A stretch of 64,000 nt of DNA from Candidatus Latescibacterota bacterium (GTDB taxonomy: Bacteria; Latescibacterota; UBA2968; GCA-2709665), in NCBI GenBank assembly GCA_965222075.1, contig OZ244937.1, positions 4,384,001 through 4,448,000 on the forward strand. The letters are read 5' to 3'. The position numbers and the translations under genes were made by a program. Positions within the stretch are counted from its first letter, which is position 1. Each line of letters starts with the position of its first letter. Positions 10,282-20,352 of this stretch are shown piece by piece. The notes beneath the pieces are model-generated. The model did not search any database. It was given only the letters and a program-made list of their open reading frames with translations, and was not told where the DNA came from.

Positions 10282-11277
10282 ATGATGGATTACAGTGAGG
10301 CCGTAGCCTTTTTCGACCCGGACGAGGCCTACCTGCTTTCGACTCACTTGAATGCGGACGGAGACGGCATGGGGGCACTCTTGGCGCTGGGCGAGATGCT
10401 GCATGCAATGGGGCGGGACTACCGGATTGTGCTGGGTGACGAGGTACCGAGCCAGAAATTTGCCTTTCTGTCGGGATTTGATCGCATTGAGAGCTACGGG
10501 TCACTGGGGGGTCAGCCACCGTTTACCCGGGCCGTTTTCGTGGATACCCCCACATTTGATGCCCAACGGGTGGGGATCGTGGCCCAGCTTCTGGGTAAGG
10601 ACGCCCGGGTGCTGATTATCGATCACCACGCGGGCAAGACCGAAGAGGGGGACGTGCGTTTGGTTGACTCTGGGGCAAGCGCGGCCAGTGAGCTGGTCTA
10701 CAGGCTCATCCAGGCTGCGGGTGTGGATGTCAGCCAGGAGATGGCCATGCAGATCTATGCCGGTATCGTCTTTGATACCAAGCTATTCAAATTTTCGCAT
10801 CCGAAGCGCGCGTTGAAGGTCTGTGCCGAACTGGTGGATCTGGGGGCCGATCCGGAGGGGATTGCGGATGCGCTCTTTGCCCGGCAGAGCTACGAGACGG
10901 TGAAGACTCTGGGTGTGGCGCTGTCCTCCTTAGCGCTTCACATGGAGGGCCGGGTGAGTACGCTGGTTGTCAACCATACGACATACCTTCTGGGTGGAGA
11001 CCTGGATCTGGTGGTCGATTATGCCATGGCCGTAGAGGGGGTTGAGGTTGCCCTCTTTTTCAAGGAAGAGGAGCCGGGGCATTACCGCGTGAGTCTCCGT
11101 TCCCGGGGGGCCGTAGATGTCAACCAGGTCGCCCAGATCTTTGGCGGCGGGGGGCATGAGCGGGCCTCTGGATGCCAACTTGATATGCTCCTTTCGGATG
11201 CAAAACAGGCGCTGCTGGAAGAGGTTGAACGGCGGATGAAAGGGAAATCCGGCACATCGGGGGAAGCGAACCCTTGA
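10282..11277 (+). CDS. nrnA: DHH/DHHA1 phosphoesterase (NrnA-like)
   Basis: THLNADGDGMG, VDT, IIDHH, DT, VSLRSRG, FGGGGH. RBS GGAGG before ATG 10282, but the frame is open from 10045. Confidence 0.85.
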   Translation: MMDYSEAVAFFDPDEAYLLSTHLNADGDGMGALLALGEMLHAMGRDYRIVLGDEVPSQKFAFLSGFDRIESYGSLGGQPPFTRAVFVDTPTFDAQRVGIVAQLLGKDARVLIIDHHAGKTEEGDVRLVDSGASAASELVYRLIQAAGVDVSQEMAMQIYAGIVFDTKLFKFSHPKRALKVCAELVDLGADPEGIADALFARQSYETVKTLGVALSSLALHMEGRVSTLVVNHTTYLLGGDLDLVVDYAMAVEGVEVALFFKEEEPGHYRVSLRSRGAVDVNQVAQIFGGGGHERASGCQLDMLLSDAKQALLEEVERRMKGKSGTSGEANP

Positions 11278-11284
11278 GGCAGAT

Positions 11285-12199
11285 ATGGATCTGTTGACGC
11301 TGAAAACATGGACGCCGGAGGAGATTCTGGCCACCGTGGAAGAGGGGCTGGAGGTGAAGGCGCATCCCAAGCGATGCGGCGAGGCCCTGAATGGACAGAC
11401 GCTGGCCATGCTGTTTCAGAAGACGTCGACGCGAACCCGATGCTCTTTTGAGGTGGGCATGACACAACTGGGGGGCCACGCCATTTATCTGGACTGGCGG
11501 GCGACCAATTTTCTGCTGGCGGACCTCAAGGACGAGGCCCAGGTTCTGTCCCGATATGCCGATGGGATTATGGCCCGGATGCTGAAACACGAGGACCTGC
11601 GGCAGCTTGCTGCCGGGGCCGAGGTCCCGTTGATCAACGGGTGCTGTGACCGGTACCATCCCTGCCAGGCACTGGGCGATCTGATGACGGTGTGGGAGAT
11701 ACACGGAAAACTGGACGGGGCGCATCTGGTTTACGTTGGGATCCGGAATAACGTGTGTAACTCTCTGATTGCGGCCTGTACCAAGGTGGGTGTGCGGATT
11801 ACGGCGGTGACGCCGGAGGTGAACGGGCCTTCAGAGGATGCGGAGCTGGTTGCCGAAGCGCGCTCAACCGGCCTGTTTGAGGAGACGCTGGACCTGAATG
11901 GAGCGATAGGGGACGCCGATTTTCTCTATACCGATACCTGGGTGGATATGGAGTTCTTCTTAGATCCGGAACAGGAGGCGGAGAAGGAGCGCCGGGTGCA
12001 GGTCTTTACCCCCTACCAGATCGATGCGAAACTTCTGCGCAAGACCAAGGCGCTTGTGATGCACTGCCTGCCGGCGCATAAGGGATATGAAGTGACGGCG
12101 GAGGTGATGGCGAGCCCGAGGTGCGTTGCCGTGGACCAGGCGGAGAATCGGCTGCACGTTCAGAAGGCGGTTCTGATGCGGCTGCTTGGGAACGAGTAG
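11285..12199 (+). CDS. argF: Ornithine carbamoyltransferase-like transcarbamylase
   Basis: [27 protein letters not shown]. The SMG loop is replaced by DME. Confidence 0.85.
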   Translation: MDLLTLKTWTPEEILATVEEGLEVKAHPKRCGEALNGQTLAMLFQKTSTRTRCSFEVGMTQLGGHAIYLDWRATNFLLADLKDEAQVLSRYADGIMARMLKHEDLRQLAAGAEVPLINGCCDRYHPCQALGDLMTVWEIHGKLDGAHLVYVGIRNNVCNSLIAACTKVGVRITAVTPEVNGPSEDAELVAEARSTGLFEETLDLNGAIGDADFLYTDTWVDMEFFLDPEQEAEKERRVQVFTPYQIDAKLLRKTKALVMHCLPAHKGYEVTAEVMASPRCVAVDQAENRLHVQKAVLMRLLGNE

Positions 12200-12263
12200 G
12201 CAGGTTTCTCGCTTGTTTGCGGAATGCGGATTTCGGACTGGAGGTTGTGAATAAGGAGAGGGT

Positions 12264-13190
12264 ATGCGGATTCTGGTTACGGGGGGGGGCGGATTTTTGG
12301 GGTCGCACCTGTGTGAGTACCTGCTAAGAGAGGGGCATGAGGTGGTGGTGATGGATAACCTGCTGACCGGGCGGGTGGAGAATATTGCTCACCTGATCGG
12401 GTGGGAAGGGTTTGTGTTTTTGCACTACGATGTGACCCATTTTATACACGTCGTGGGGCCTTTGGATTATATTCTGCACTTCGCCAGTCCAGCCAGTCCG
12501 AAGGACTATCTCCAGTATTCGATTCATACGATGAAGGTGGGGGCGCTGGGCACGTATCATTCGCTGGGGCTGGCCCGGGCTAAAGAGGCAAAGTTTCTGC
12601 TGGCGTCCACCTCGGAGGCCTACGGGGACCCGTTGGTGCACCCGCAGCCGGAGACCTACTGGGGGAATGTGAACCCGATTGGGGTGCGGGGGGTGTACGA
12701 CGAGGCCAAGCGGTTCGCGGAGGCGATGACGATGGCCTACCACCGAGAGGAGGGGATCGATACGCGGATTGTGCGGATTTTTAATACCTACGGTCCACGG
12801 ATGCGCAAAGACGATGGGCGTGCGATTCCCACGTTTATCTCCCAGGCCTTGACCGGTGAGGATATCACGATTAACGGCGACGGAAAGCAGACGCGGAGCA
12901 TCTGTTATGTGAGTGATCTGATTGAGGGGATCTACCGGTTGATGCAAACGGATTACCACGGGCCGGTAAATATCGGCAATCCGTCGGAGATGAGTATTCT
13001 GGAGCTGGCGAACAGGATTCTCCGGATTACGGAGAGCGAGAGCCAGATTGTCTTTAAGCAGGCGATGGTGGACGATCCCAAGGTGCGCCAGCCGGATATC
13101 GGCCTTGCCCGGAATCTGTTGGGCTGGGAGCCGAAGGTGAGTCCAGAGGAAGGGCTGCGGTGGACGGTGGAGTGGTTTCGGGATCACTGA
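12264..13190 (+). CDS. UDP-glucuronic acid decarboxylase family protein
   Basis: [52 protein letters not shown]. Confidence 0.93.
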   Translation: MRILVTGGGGFLGSHLCEYLLREGHEVVVMDNLLTGRVENIAHLIGWEGFVFLHYDVTHFIHVVGPLDYILHFASPASPKDYLQYSIHTMKVGALGTYHSLGLARAKEAKFLLASTSEAYGDPLVHPQPETYWGNVNPIGVRGVYDEAKRFAEAMTMAYHREEGIDTRIVRIFNTYGPRMRKDDGRAIPTFISQALTGEDITINGDGKQTRSICYVSDLIEGIYRLMQTDYHGPVNIGNPSEMSILELANRILRITESESQIVFKQAMVDDPKVRQPDIGLARNLLGWEPKVSPEEGLRWTVEWFRDH

Positions 13191-13251
13191 TATAACGGAG
13201 GGGCATGGAACTTCCCTCCTGCTGCCTATGTGCTACACTGAGGGTTACAGA

Positions 13252-13283
13252 GCCGTCCCTCCCAACTTCGGGGGCGGCATTTT
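13252..13283 (+). terminator. Possible intrinsic terminator
   Basis: GC-rich stem GCCGTCCC...GGGGCGGC followed by ATTTT. Confidence 0.4.
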
Positions 13284-13310
13284 GTGTTGTTTCTTGCAGG
13301 AGACGTTGAT

Positions 13311-14195
13311 ATGAGACTGAAAGATAAGATCGCTGTTGTGACCGGGGGCGGCCAGGGCATTGGACGGGCAACGGCGCGGATGTTTGCGCGGGAAGGGGCG
13401 AAGGTGGTGATTGCGGCACGGACGGAGGCCAAGTTGGAGCGGGTCAAGAAGGAGATTGAAGAGGAAGGTGGAGAGGCGCTGGCCGTGCCGACGGATGTAG
13501 GGCGGGAGGAGGATGTGAAGCGGCTGATGGAGGCGACCCGGGAACGGTTCGGCGGGCTGGATGTGCTGGTGAATAACGCAGGCGTGGGTCCGGTGGCGCC
13601 GGTTGACGGTGTGGACATGGCGGAATACGACCGGCTCATGGATACCAATCTGCGGGGCATGTACCTGGGGTGTCGGCTGGGGGCGCCGATGATGAAGGCG
13701 GCGGGTCGGGGGTCGATTATCAATATGTCCTCTGTGCATGGTGTACAGGGCAGTCCCCTGAATACGGTTTATGCGGCCACCAAGAGCGGAATTATCGGAT
13801 GTACGCGGGCGCTTGCGGCGGAGCTGGCGCCGTTCCGGATTCGAGCGAATGCGATCAGTCCGGGGGCGATCTGGCTGGAGGCGTACGAGGAGCGGTGGCT
13901 GGAGCAGATCCGAAAAGAAGAGGGTGAAGAGTTCATGCGACTGTTCGGGGAGGCGATGAAGGACGACCACCAGTACTTCCAACCGCTGAAGATGGTCGGG
14001 ATGCCCGATGATATCGCCCACTGTGCGGTGTACCTGGCGTCGGACGAGTCGCGATTTGTTACCGGACAGAATATCGTCGTGGACGGGGGAGTGACGACGC
14101 ATTTGAGCCCGTATGCGCTGGAGGGGGCGCGGGAGAAGATGCAGGTTTCGATGGAGAAAGTTCGGGCCTGGATTGAAGAACATAAGGAGGAGTAA
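13311..14195 (+). CDS. SDR family oxidoreductase
   Basis: TGGGQGIG, NNAG, YAATK catalytic motif, VDGG. AGGAG RBS. Confidence 0.93.
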   Translation: MRLKDKIAVVTGGGQGIGRATARMFAREGAKVVIAARTEAKLERVKKEIEEEGGEALAVPTDVGREEDVKRLMEATRERFGGLDVLVNNAGVGPVAPVDGVDMAEYDRLMDTNLRGMYLGCRLGAPMMKAAGRGSIINMSSVHGVQGSPLNTVYAATKSGIIGCTRALAAELAPFRIRANAISPGAIWLEAYEERWLEQIRKEEGEEFMRLFGEAMKDDHQYFQPLKMVGMPDDIAHCAVYLASDESRFVTGQNIVVDGGVTTHLSPYALEGAREKMQVSMEKVRAWIEEHKEE

Positions 14196-14285
14196 AAGGA
14201 GCGGGGAGTTCCAGGTTTGCAGTTGAAATGACAGGGGGAAGATGCGAGACAGATGTGGTCCCGAGTGGGAAAACACGGGTGGGGA

Positions 14286-16289
14286 TCAATAGCCGTGGAT
14301 GTAGTGCCCGCCCTGGGGGAACCAGATGTAGTCGACGATGAAGGAGCAGCCCACGGCGAAGAGGTAGCCGACGATGAGGCCGTAGCAGCAGGGGCGCACG
14401 CGCCGGTAGAGGAGGATGCCGCCGAGTTGCAGGACCAGGAGTTTGGCGAGCCAGACCAGGAAGATGTCCAGGACATAGAGACGCACGTAGCCGCTGAACA
14501 TGAGAAAGAGGCCGAGGGGGTGGAGGGGCCACCAGGTGATGCGGGACTGCAGGAAGGTGAAGAGGGTGGCGACCAGGCCGCCTGTGGTCCAGACGAGGAT
14601 TTTCGCGGGGTCGGGCATGGTGCGCTGGGAGGTTTCCGTGACCACTTTGGCGATGCCGTTGTACATGCCCACAGGCGCGCCCACCAGAGACCAGGTCCGG
14701 AAGGTGGTGCCGCCGTATTCGTAGCAGATCCAGATGGTGTAAAGCGCTGCGGACAGCACGCCCAGCAGGACGCCACCGAAGACCAGCCATCCGACCTGTC
14801 TGCCTGCGCCTATGAGCCGTTCGATGTGGGGCAGCACCCCAGGGAGGCGCCATCCGGGCAGGAGGCGGGAGTTGATCACGCGCATGGTGACGAGGGTCGA
14901 TTCGGTCATCTGGCTGGTGCCCGCCCAGATTCGCGGGATGGCCGTTCCCCAGTTGGGAAATATGTAAGCAAATCCACTGGCGGCCAAGAATTTCATAACG
15001 GCCAGGATGCTGGTCCAAAGCAGGACCATCCAGACGGCGGCTATGGTTAGGCTGTAACCGGCGGCGTACAACCAGAAGACCATGTAGAGCCCCCCACCCA
15101 GGGTCGCGGCGGCGGCGCCTCGCGGGGAGAGGATGACGGTTCGCTCTTCTTCGGCTTTGGGCGGCTGAAGGATCTGCCGGACGATGTGGGCCAGATGTCC
15201 TCTGGCGGTCCAGACCGCCCAGATGACCAGGCCGATCATGACACCGTGCCCGAACAGGCCGAGGATTTCACCCGTCTTCGCCTCCTGGCCGGTCAGGCCC
15301 ACGGAGACGCCGACCCGGGTCATCCAGTAGCGGGTGACCAGCCCGACCAGGTAGAGCGACCAGATGCTGAAGAGGATGTTTAAATCGCAGAGGAAGGTGA
15401 ATCCGACGACGGTGGGGAGCATCCGGTAGGAGAGGGGGGAGAGGTAGCGGGTGACGACAGCTCCCCTGGGGCCGGACTGGGCGAAGTAGGCGTCCCAGAT
15501 CGTGATCCTGGGAAAGCCGGAGACGAAGTATTCCACGATGTTCCAGAGCAGGGGAAAGGCCGACACGGCGAATCCTGCCCAGAAGGTCCAGGTGCGCACG
15601 AAGGGGGGCCATCCGCGGCGCCGGTCGAACCCTTCGGTGAGGTCAAGGGAGACCTGGGCCAGGGGGTAGGTCAGGCGTTCGTGTTCTGCCCACTGTTTCT
15701 GGAAGATCGCCGTGAGTCCCAGTCCGACCGCAGTCATGGCCAGGGCCGCGGAGGCCGCCCAGAAGAGGGGGATGAGCCAGGCGCCCCAGGGCAGCATTTC
15801 GCCCTCTCCCAGTCCCAGGAAAAATCCTTCTACGACGCCCGAAAAATTCGACGGATACATCCACCAGGGCAGGTAGTCGAAGATGAGTTCCGCCCATCGG
15901 TTTTCAGGGGATGCGTAGTAGCGGGGAGCGGCCATCACACCGACCCACTGCGTGACCCAGTTGTAGCCGGCAAAGGTGCCGCCTACCCAGAGCATGCAGA
16001 GCAGCACGCGCAGTTCCGCAGAAGAGAGGGAGAGTCGGGGCAGGAAGCGTTTAAGCAGGACGTTGCCCAGGAGCCAAAAGGTGAAAGGGAGCAGGACCGT
16101 GAGGGGCAGATTGGACATGGCCATGTGGGCGGACCGGGCCTTGAACTCCAAGTAGGTGGTTGCCACACAGGCAAGGGCCAGGGTCGCGGCTGATAGCAGT
16201 ACGGCGGTTTTGCGAATACCGGTTTCGAGGATCTCCCCAGCGGGGAGGGGGGGACCATAGGATTTCGGGGATTCGGTGGGTTGGCTCAA
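14286..16289 (-). CDS. Polytopic membrane protein, DUF6785/DUF6784-like putative transporter (copy 1)
   Basis: Many hydrophobic segments. Motifs YYASPENRW, KQWAEHERLTYP and WWPLHPLG are shared with the paralogs in this window. Start uncertain (ORF open to 16388). Confidence 0.8.
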   Translation of the reverse strand: MSQPTESPKSYGPPLPAGEILETGIRKTAVLLSAATLALACVATTYLEFKARSAHMAMSNLPLTVLLPFTFWLLGNVLLKRFLPRLSLSSAELRVLLCMLWVGGTFAGYNWVTQWVGVMAAPRYYASPENRWAELIFDYLPWWMYPSNFSGVVEGFFLGLGEGEMLPWGAWLIPLFWAASAALAMTAVGLGLTAIFQKQWAEHERLTYPLAQVSLDLTEGFDRRRGWPPFVRTWTFWAGFAVSAFPLLWNIVEYFVSGFPRITIWDAYFAQSGPRGAVVTRYLSPLSYRMLPTVVGFTFLCDLNILFSIWSLYLVGLVTRYWMTRVGVSVGLTGQEAKTGEILGLFGHGVMIGLVIWAVWTARGHLAHIVRQILQPPKAEEERTVILSPRGAAAATLGGGLYMVFWLYAAGYSLTIAAVWMVLLWTSILAVMKFLAASGFAYIFPNWGTAIPRIWAGTSQMTESTLVTMRVINSRLLPGWRLPGVLPHIERLIGAGRQVGWLVFGGVLLGVLSAALYTIWICYEYGGTTFRTWSLVGAPVGMYNGIAKVVTETSQRTMPDPAKILVWTTGGLVATLFTFLQSRITWWPLHPLGLFLMFSGYVRLYVLDIFLVWLAKLLVLQLGGILLYRRVRPCCYGLIVGYLFAVGCSFIVDYIWFPQGGHYIHGY

Positions 16290-16383
16290 GTTTGGACCTC
16301 GCCCTCTGGTTGACTGATTTTCATGTTCGGTCAGCATTAGAAAGATACAATAAACCGGGCGAGAAATGGATTTTTCCGGTCCT

Positions 16384-16420
16384 GACATTTGACAAATAGG
16401 GGGACATTTGTTTATATACT
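16384..16420 (+). promoter_or_regulatory. Sigma70-like promoter with overlapping repeats in a divergent spacer
   Basis: TTGACA at 16389-16394, TATATACT at 16413-16420, GACATTTG twice and an ACAAAT/ATTTGT inverted repeat. Confidence 0.45.
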
Positions 16421-16539
16421 TTACTTAGATTAGAATTGCCTTTCGGGATCAGGTATTGGCCGGATTCAAAGGAGGGGCAGAGGCTGACGGATGTTTGCCA
16501 GCGATGTGAAAATTTCAACCCGTAAACGTGGAGGCAGCC

Positions 16540-17481
16540 ATGACACTTTGGAAGCGTATGCTGTTGCCGGGGCTCTGTGTTTCAGGACTGCTATTTGGTC
16601 ACCAGGGGGGTGTCTGTGGAGCGGAGAAGGTTGCGCTCAAGCTGGCTTACCCGGAGGGTCGGGTGGCGCGGTACAAGCACTCCTACTACGTTGAGTATAT
16701 CAGCGATCGGGCGGAGATTATTTTGAGGGGAGGGGGTCTGGATGTAAAGAACGTGTCTGTGCGGATTGATGGGGAGTGGAAGAGCCAGGAAACTGTACAG
16801 GCGGGGGGGAGCAAAATATTGGCTACGGTTGAGAAAACCGCCACACGGGTGATGTTAAACAATAAGCAAATGACCCCCAGGCAGTTTCCCTACACCGTAG
16901 ACTGGCTGCAGGGGTGGACATTTTCCTGGGGGGTGTTGCCGGACGGCCGGGACCGGAACTTTTCTGCCGAAGAAAAGGCCAGTGGGCCGCCCCAGACGGA
17001 ACTCCTTATCGAGTTCTCGCAGCTCTGGATGCCGGAATTCTGTCCTGTGCTGCCCGAAGCGGCCATAGGAAAAGGGGATACCTGGGAGGGAGATCAGACG
17101 TTTGAGGTCCCGTTCAGGGCTACGCAGATGATGGGGCGGAACGCCCTGGTCGTCTCAAAGAGCGAGTACAAGGTGAAGAAGATCACGAAGAAGAAGGACC
17201 GGACAGAGGTTACCATCGAAGAGAAGCGAAAGTTGCGGTACCAGGGGTGGTTGAATGTTATCAACCTGTCCGTTTTTTTAAAGGGAGAGGGGAAGGGGGC
17301 CGGAGAATGGGTGATCGACGCCACCCGGGGGCTCGTCCTTTCTCACAAGGTGAAGATGGTCATCTTTCGGCCGGAGGTAACCATGGCCGGGCAGAAGAAG
17401 CCGGTGGCCAATGTCAGTGCAGAGTTTGTGATCAACTTTAAGCGGAAACTGGACAAGCTCATCGCAGAGAAGGGGGAGTAG
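16540..17481 (+). CDS. Hypothetical exported beta-rich protein
   Basis: GGAGG RBS, signal-peptide-like N-terminus, LPE..I..GDTW and G.G.GEW.ID...G patterns. Confidence 0.7.
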   Translation: MTLWKRMLLPGLCVSGLLFGHQGGVCGAEKVALKLAYPEGRVARYKHSYYVEYISDRAEIILRGGGLDVKNVSVRIDGEWKSQETVQAGGSKILATVEKTATRVMLNNKQMTPRQFPYTVDWLQGWTFSWGVLPDGRDRNFSAEEKASGPPQTELLIEFSQLWMPEFCPVLPEAAIGKGDTWEGDQTFEVPFRATQMMGRNALVVSKSEYKVKKITKKKDRTEVTIEEKRKLRYQGWLNVINLSVFLKGEGKGAGEWVIDATRGLVLSHKVKMVIFRPEVTMAGQKKPVANVSAEFVINFKRKLDKLIAEKGE

Positions 17482-17517
17482 GAGGAGAGGTCTTCGGCTC
17501 TGGCTGGCCGATCTTTG

Positions 17518-17631
17518 ATGTATGGGGTAGACGCTGGCTTTCAGGGGCAGTTTGACGACCTCGCGGATTCGGGCGGACTCGTGGATGGCCATCAGGATTT
17601 CGGCGCAGGTCCGTCCTGTTTCGCCGGTGCT
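17518..17631 (-). pseudogene. C-terminal remnant of a Gfo/Idh/MocA oxidoreductase
   Basis: Minus strand reads GRTCAEILMAIHESARIREVVKLPL, which aligns with ALQATELIFATYESARRRARVELPL in 37198-38772. Confidence 0.55.
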
Positions 17632-17754
17632 GCAAGCTCCGAATGGATTCGATCATCCGGGGCTTGTTTTTTATTGTTCACGCTTTATCAGGGGGTAGTT
17701 CCCCGGCATGAGAGGCTGCTTGTGGCTTCTTGTTTTTGGTGAGCGAACACACCG

Positions 17755-18555
17755 ATGACGCGTCTATCCCAAAACAGGCCGGTCAGGCTGGCGGTGACCA
17801 CGTCCCTGAACACTACGCCCCGGGTCGTTGCGGAGGCAAAGGGTTTTTCCGCTGACTCCGGATGCCCGTATGTTCCCCGGAAAGGACGAAATATTCCTGA
17901 GATGCTGTCCGAAGCCCGGATGGATGGGGTGATCGTGGTCGAGAAGAACGGGATCGTGGTGAGAGCGGGAGACATGGTCTGTCGTTTTCACCCCAACACG
18001 ACCAAGCTGAGGATTATCGCGCTGTCGAGAGAGAAGTGCGACCGGATGGTCAGCGCGATGGGGCTGAGGCCCGGAGATGCCGTGCTGGACTGCACCTGCG
18101 GCCTGGGGACCGATGCGGTTGTGGCGTCTTATGTGGTGGGAGAAGGGGGGACGGTTCACGCCTTAGAGACATCGCTGCTGCTGGCGCTGATCGTTCGCCG
18201 GGGACTGCAGACGTATGTCCCCCATGCTGCTTCGATCACCGAGGCGATGCGCAGGGTGAGGGTGATCCACGCGACCTACGAGGAGGTGCTGGCCGATCTG
18301 CCCGCCAGGTCGTGGGACGTGGTGTACTTCGATCCCCTGTTCGATTTCACGTTCGAGGACTCTACGGGACTCGACATTGTCAGGCTGCTGGGCCGACCAG
18401 GCACGCCCACCGGGGAGACCCTACAGGACGGTGTCAGGGTTGCGAGGCGGTGCGTGGTGATGAAAGACCGCTCTCCCGGGGAGGCGCTGATGCGCCTGGG
18501 ATTTCGGATCGTGTCGAGGGGGAAGAAGACGTGTTACGGGGTGATGGAGGTTTGA
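17755..18555 (+). CDS. Class I SAM-dependent methyltransferase (RsmJ-like)
   Basis: FHPN, VLDCTCGLGTDAVV, DVVYFDPLF, RVARRCVVMK. Confidence 0.8.
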   Translation: MTRLSQNRPVRLAVTTSLNTTPRVVAEAKGFSADSGCPYVPRKGRNIPEMLSEARMDGVIVVEKNGIVVRAGDMVCRFHPNTTKLRIIALSREKCDRMVSAMGLRPGDAVLDCTCGLGTDAVVASYVVGEGGTVHALETSLLLALIVRRGLQTYVPHAASITEAMRRVRVIHATYEEVLADLPARSWDVVYFDPLFDFTFEDSTGLDIVRLLGRPGTPTGETLQDGVRVARRCVVMKDRSPGEALMRLGFRIVSRGKKTCYGVMEV

Positions 18556-18573
18556 GGCGAGAGAAGGTGGTAG

Positions 18574-18639
18574 GACTGCGGATTGGGGATTTAGGGTCTG
18601 ATATTGCGCATTCCCCAATCCGAAATCTGCAATTCGAAA
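18574..18639. repeat. Inverted heptamer-repeat intergenic element between convergent genes
   Basis: GACTGCG GATTGGG GATTTAG ... CCCCAAT CCGAAAT CTGCAAT TCGAAAT. Same family at 7783, 12217 and 61321. Confidence 0.55.
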
Positions 18640-18763
18640 TCCTACATTGCAATGCCGTGGCCCATTGTGCTCAGGCCAAGGACGGCGGCGGTGTGGATGG
18701 ATTCCGGTTTCATGGGGGGGCTTTCGATCATTGATAAAAGCAACCACCGATGGGGATCATCGA

Positions 18764-19651
18764 TCACCCCATGTAGCTGCCGCCTGAGACGTTGATGGAG
18801 AGGCCGGTGAGGTAGTCGGACTCGGACGAGGCGAGGAAGGCGGTGGTTCGGGCGATGTCTGAACCCTGCGCGACGCGCCCCAAAGGGATCGCCGAAGTCG
18901 CTTCCCGGACCATGCGGGCGCGGTGAGCACCGGCAGATTCGCCCTCGGGCGCAAGGGCGGCGGCGATGTAATCGACGCGTTCCGTATCGACTATGCCCGG
19001 GCAGATGGCGTTGACGTTGATGCGATGGGACGCCAGCTCGAGGGCCAGGGACTGGGTGAAGCCGATGAGCGCGAACTTGGAGGCGCAGTAGGCGGCATAC
19101 CGGGGGTAGCCCCGCTTTCCTGCGGTTGAGGAGATGACGATGATCTTGCCGCCCCGGTCGCGGTTGATCAGGTGCCGAGCGACGGCCTTGCAGCAGAGAA
19201 AGGCGCCCTTGACGTTTGTTCTCTGGACCTCGTCCCAGGCCGCTTCCTCTAAGTCCACGACGGGCGTGCGGTCCCTCCCTGGCCGTGAACCGGCGTTGGC
19301 GACCAGGATATCGATGCGGCCGAAGCGCTCCAGGCCCTGCTGTACCATCGCGTCTACCTGAGCCGCATCGGAGACGTCGGCCACGGCGCCAATCGCCTGC
19401 CTGCCCAGGGCTTCTATTTCGGAGACAACGGCCGGGATGCCGCCCCAGTCCGAGGGTCTGTTGGCGTAGGGACGATGGGTGATGTCGTTGAGGATCAGGT
19501 CGGCGCCTTCGCGGGCGAGGCGGACAGCGATGGCCCGGCCGATGCCGTGTTCTCCACCGGCGCCGGTGACCAGGGCGACTTTTTTGTTGAGGTTGTAGAT
19601 GAGTTCATTCCCCCTGCCCCCTTTTCTGAAGAAAAGGGGGCAGTCACTCAC
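18764..19651 (-). CDS. SDR family oxidoreductase
   Basis: VALVTGAGGEHGIG, ANAG, YCASK, NAICPG. Start codon uncertain. Confidence 0.88.
   Translation of the reverse strand: MSDCPLFFRKGGRGNELIYNLNKKVALVTGAGGEHGIGRAIAVRLAREGADLILNDITHRPYANRPSDWGGIPAVVSEIEALGRQAIGAVADVSDAAQVDAMVQQGLERFGRIDILVANAGSRPGRDRTPVVDLEEAAWDEVQRTNVKGAFLCCKAVARHLINRDRGGKIIVISSTAGKRGYPRYAAYCASKFALIGFTQSLALELASHRINVNAICPGIVDTERVDYIAAALAPEGESAGAHRARMVREATSAIPLGRVAQGSDIARTTAFLASSESDYLTGLSINVSGGSYMG
19614..19643. repeat. Perfect 14-bp inverted repeat
   Basis: CTGCCCCCTTTTCT-GA-AGAAAAGGGGGCAG. Confidence 0.7.
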
Positions 19652-19814
19652 GGTTTGAGTGTGAATTACAGGGTTGCTACTTCAGTCTGCGGGGCAGGCG
19701 GTCCAGGAGCATGAGAGGCTCCCAGACGGACAGGTTGGCGGAATGGACCTCGCGTACGGGACGCGCGCGCCCTCCTGCCTTTCACTCGTTTGCTCAGCAG
19801 GTGAATAACACCTC

Positions 19815-19842
19815 AATATATGATGGAAATTTCCCTTGTCAA
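19815..19842 (-). promoter_or_regulatory. Candidate sigma70 promoter for the SDR
   Basis: Minus strand TTGACA-N16-TATATT. A divergent TTGACT lies at 19903 on the plus strand. Confidence 0.45.
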
Positions 19843-20038
19843 GCGGATTGGCCGCATTTATCGGGACATCGCCGGTTGGCAGGATGAGGCCATACTTCCC
19901 GCTTGACTTCCCCTGAAAAGGGACTTTATTACATAGCACGTAGGTCCGAGGTGGGGACGGGGTGTTCTTGCAGGACCTGGGTTTTCGGGGCATCCTTCGG
20001 ACAGATGGGTTATGCCCCTTTCCCGTTTAGAAAGGAAA

Positions 20039-20301
20039 ATGCACAATTTCAAGCGCGATACGGTGCGGGTCGAGTGGGGGGAGCATTCGGATCTGATCGT
20101 GCCGCTGGTTGTGGACGATGAGGTGGTGGGCATCTTCAACTTCACCAGCCGGGCGTCGGGCTCTACGATCCTCCAGAAAAGGCATTTTCGCTGAGCAGGT
20201 ACTGGGATTGATCTCCAGCGGGACGCTTCCGCATGGAGATCCAGAACTCCTTTGAGGAGGCTTCCCGGCCTGTTGTGCTCACGATCAGGGCAGAGGGGTA
20301 G
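20039..20301 (+). pseudogene. Remnant including a GAF-domain-like fragment
   Basis: EHSDLIVPLVVDDEVVGIFNFTSR resembles the C-terminal strands of a GAF domain. The frame breaks soon afterwards. Confidence 0.45.
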
Positions 20302-20352
20302 GAGGAGGATGTCGCCGGGGACCGGAATACTTCCACTGAAAGGAGAGACAGC

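Noticed and set aside
19700-19810. c-di-GMP-I riboswitch-like GCAAAC...GAAAG on the minus strand
   Set aside because: The second stem and the conserved GCAAAG context were not found.
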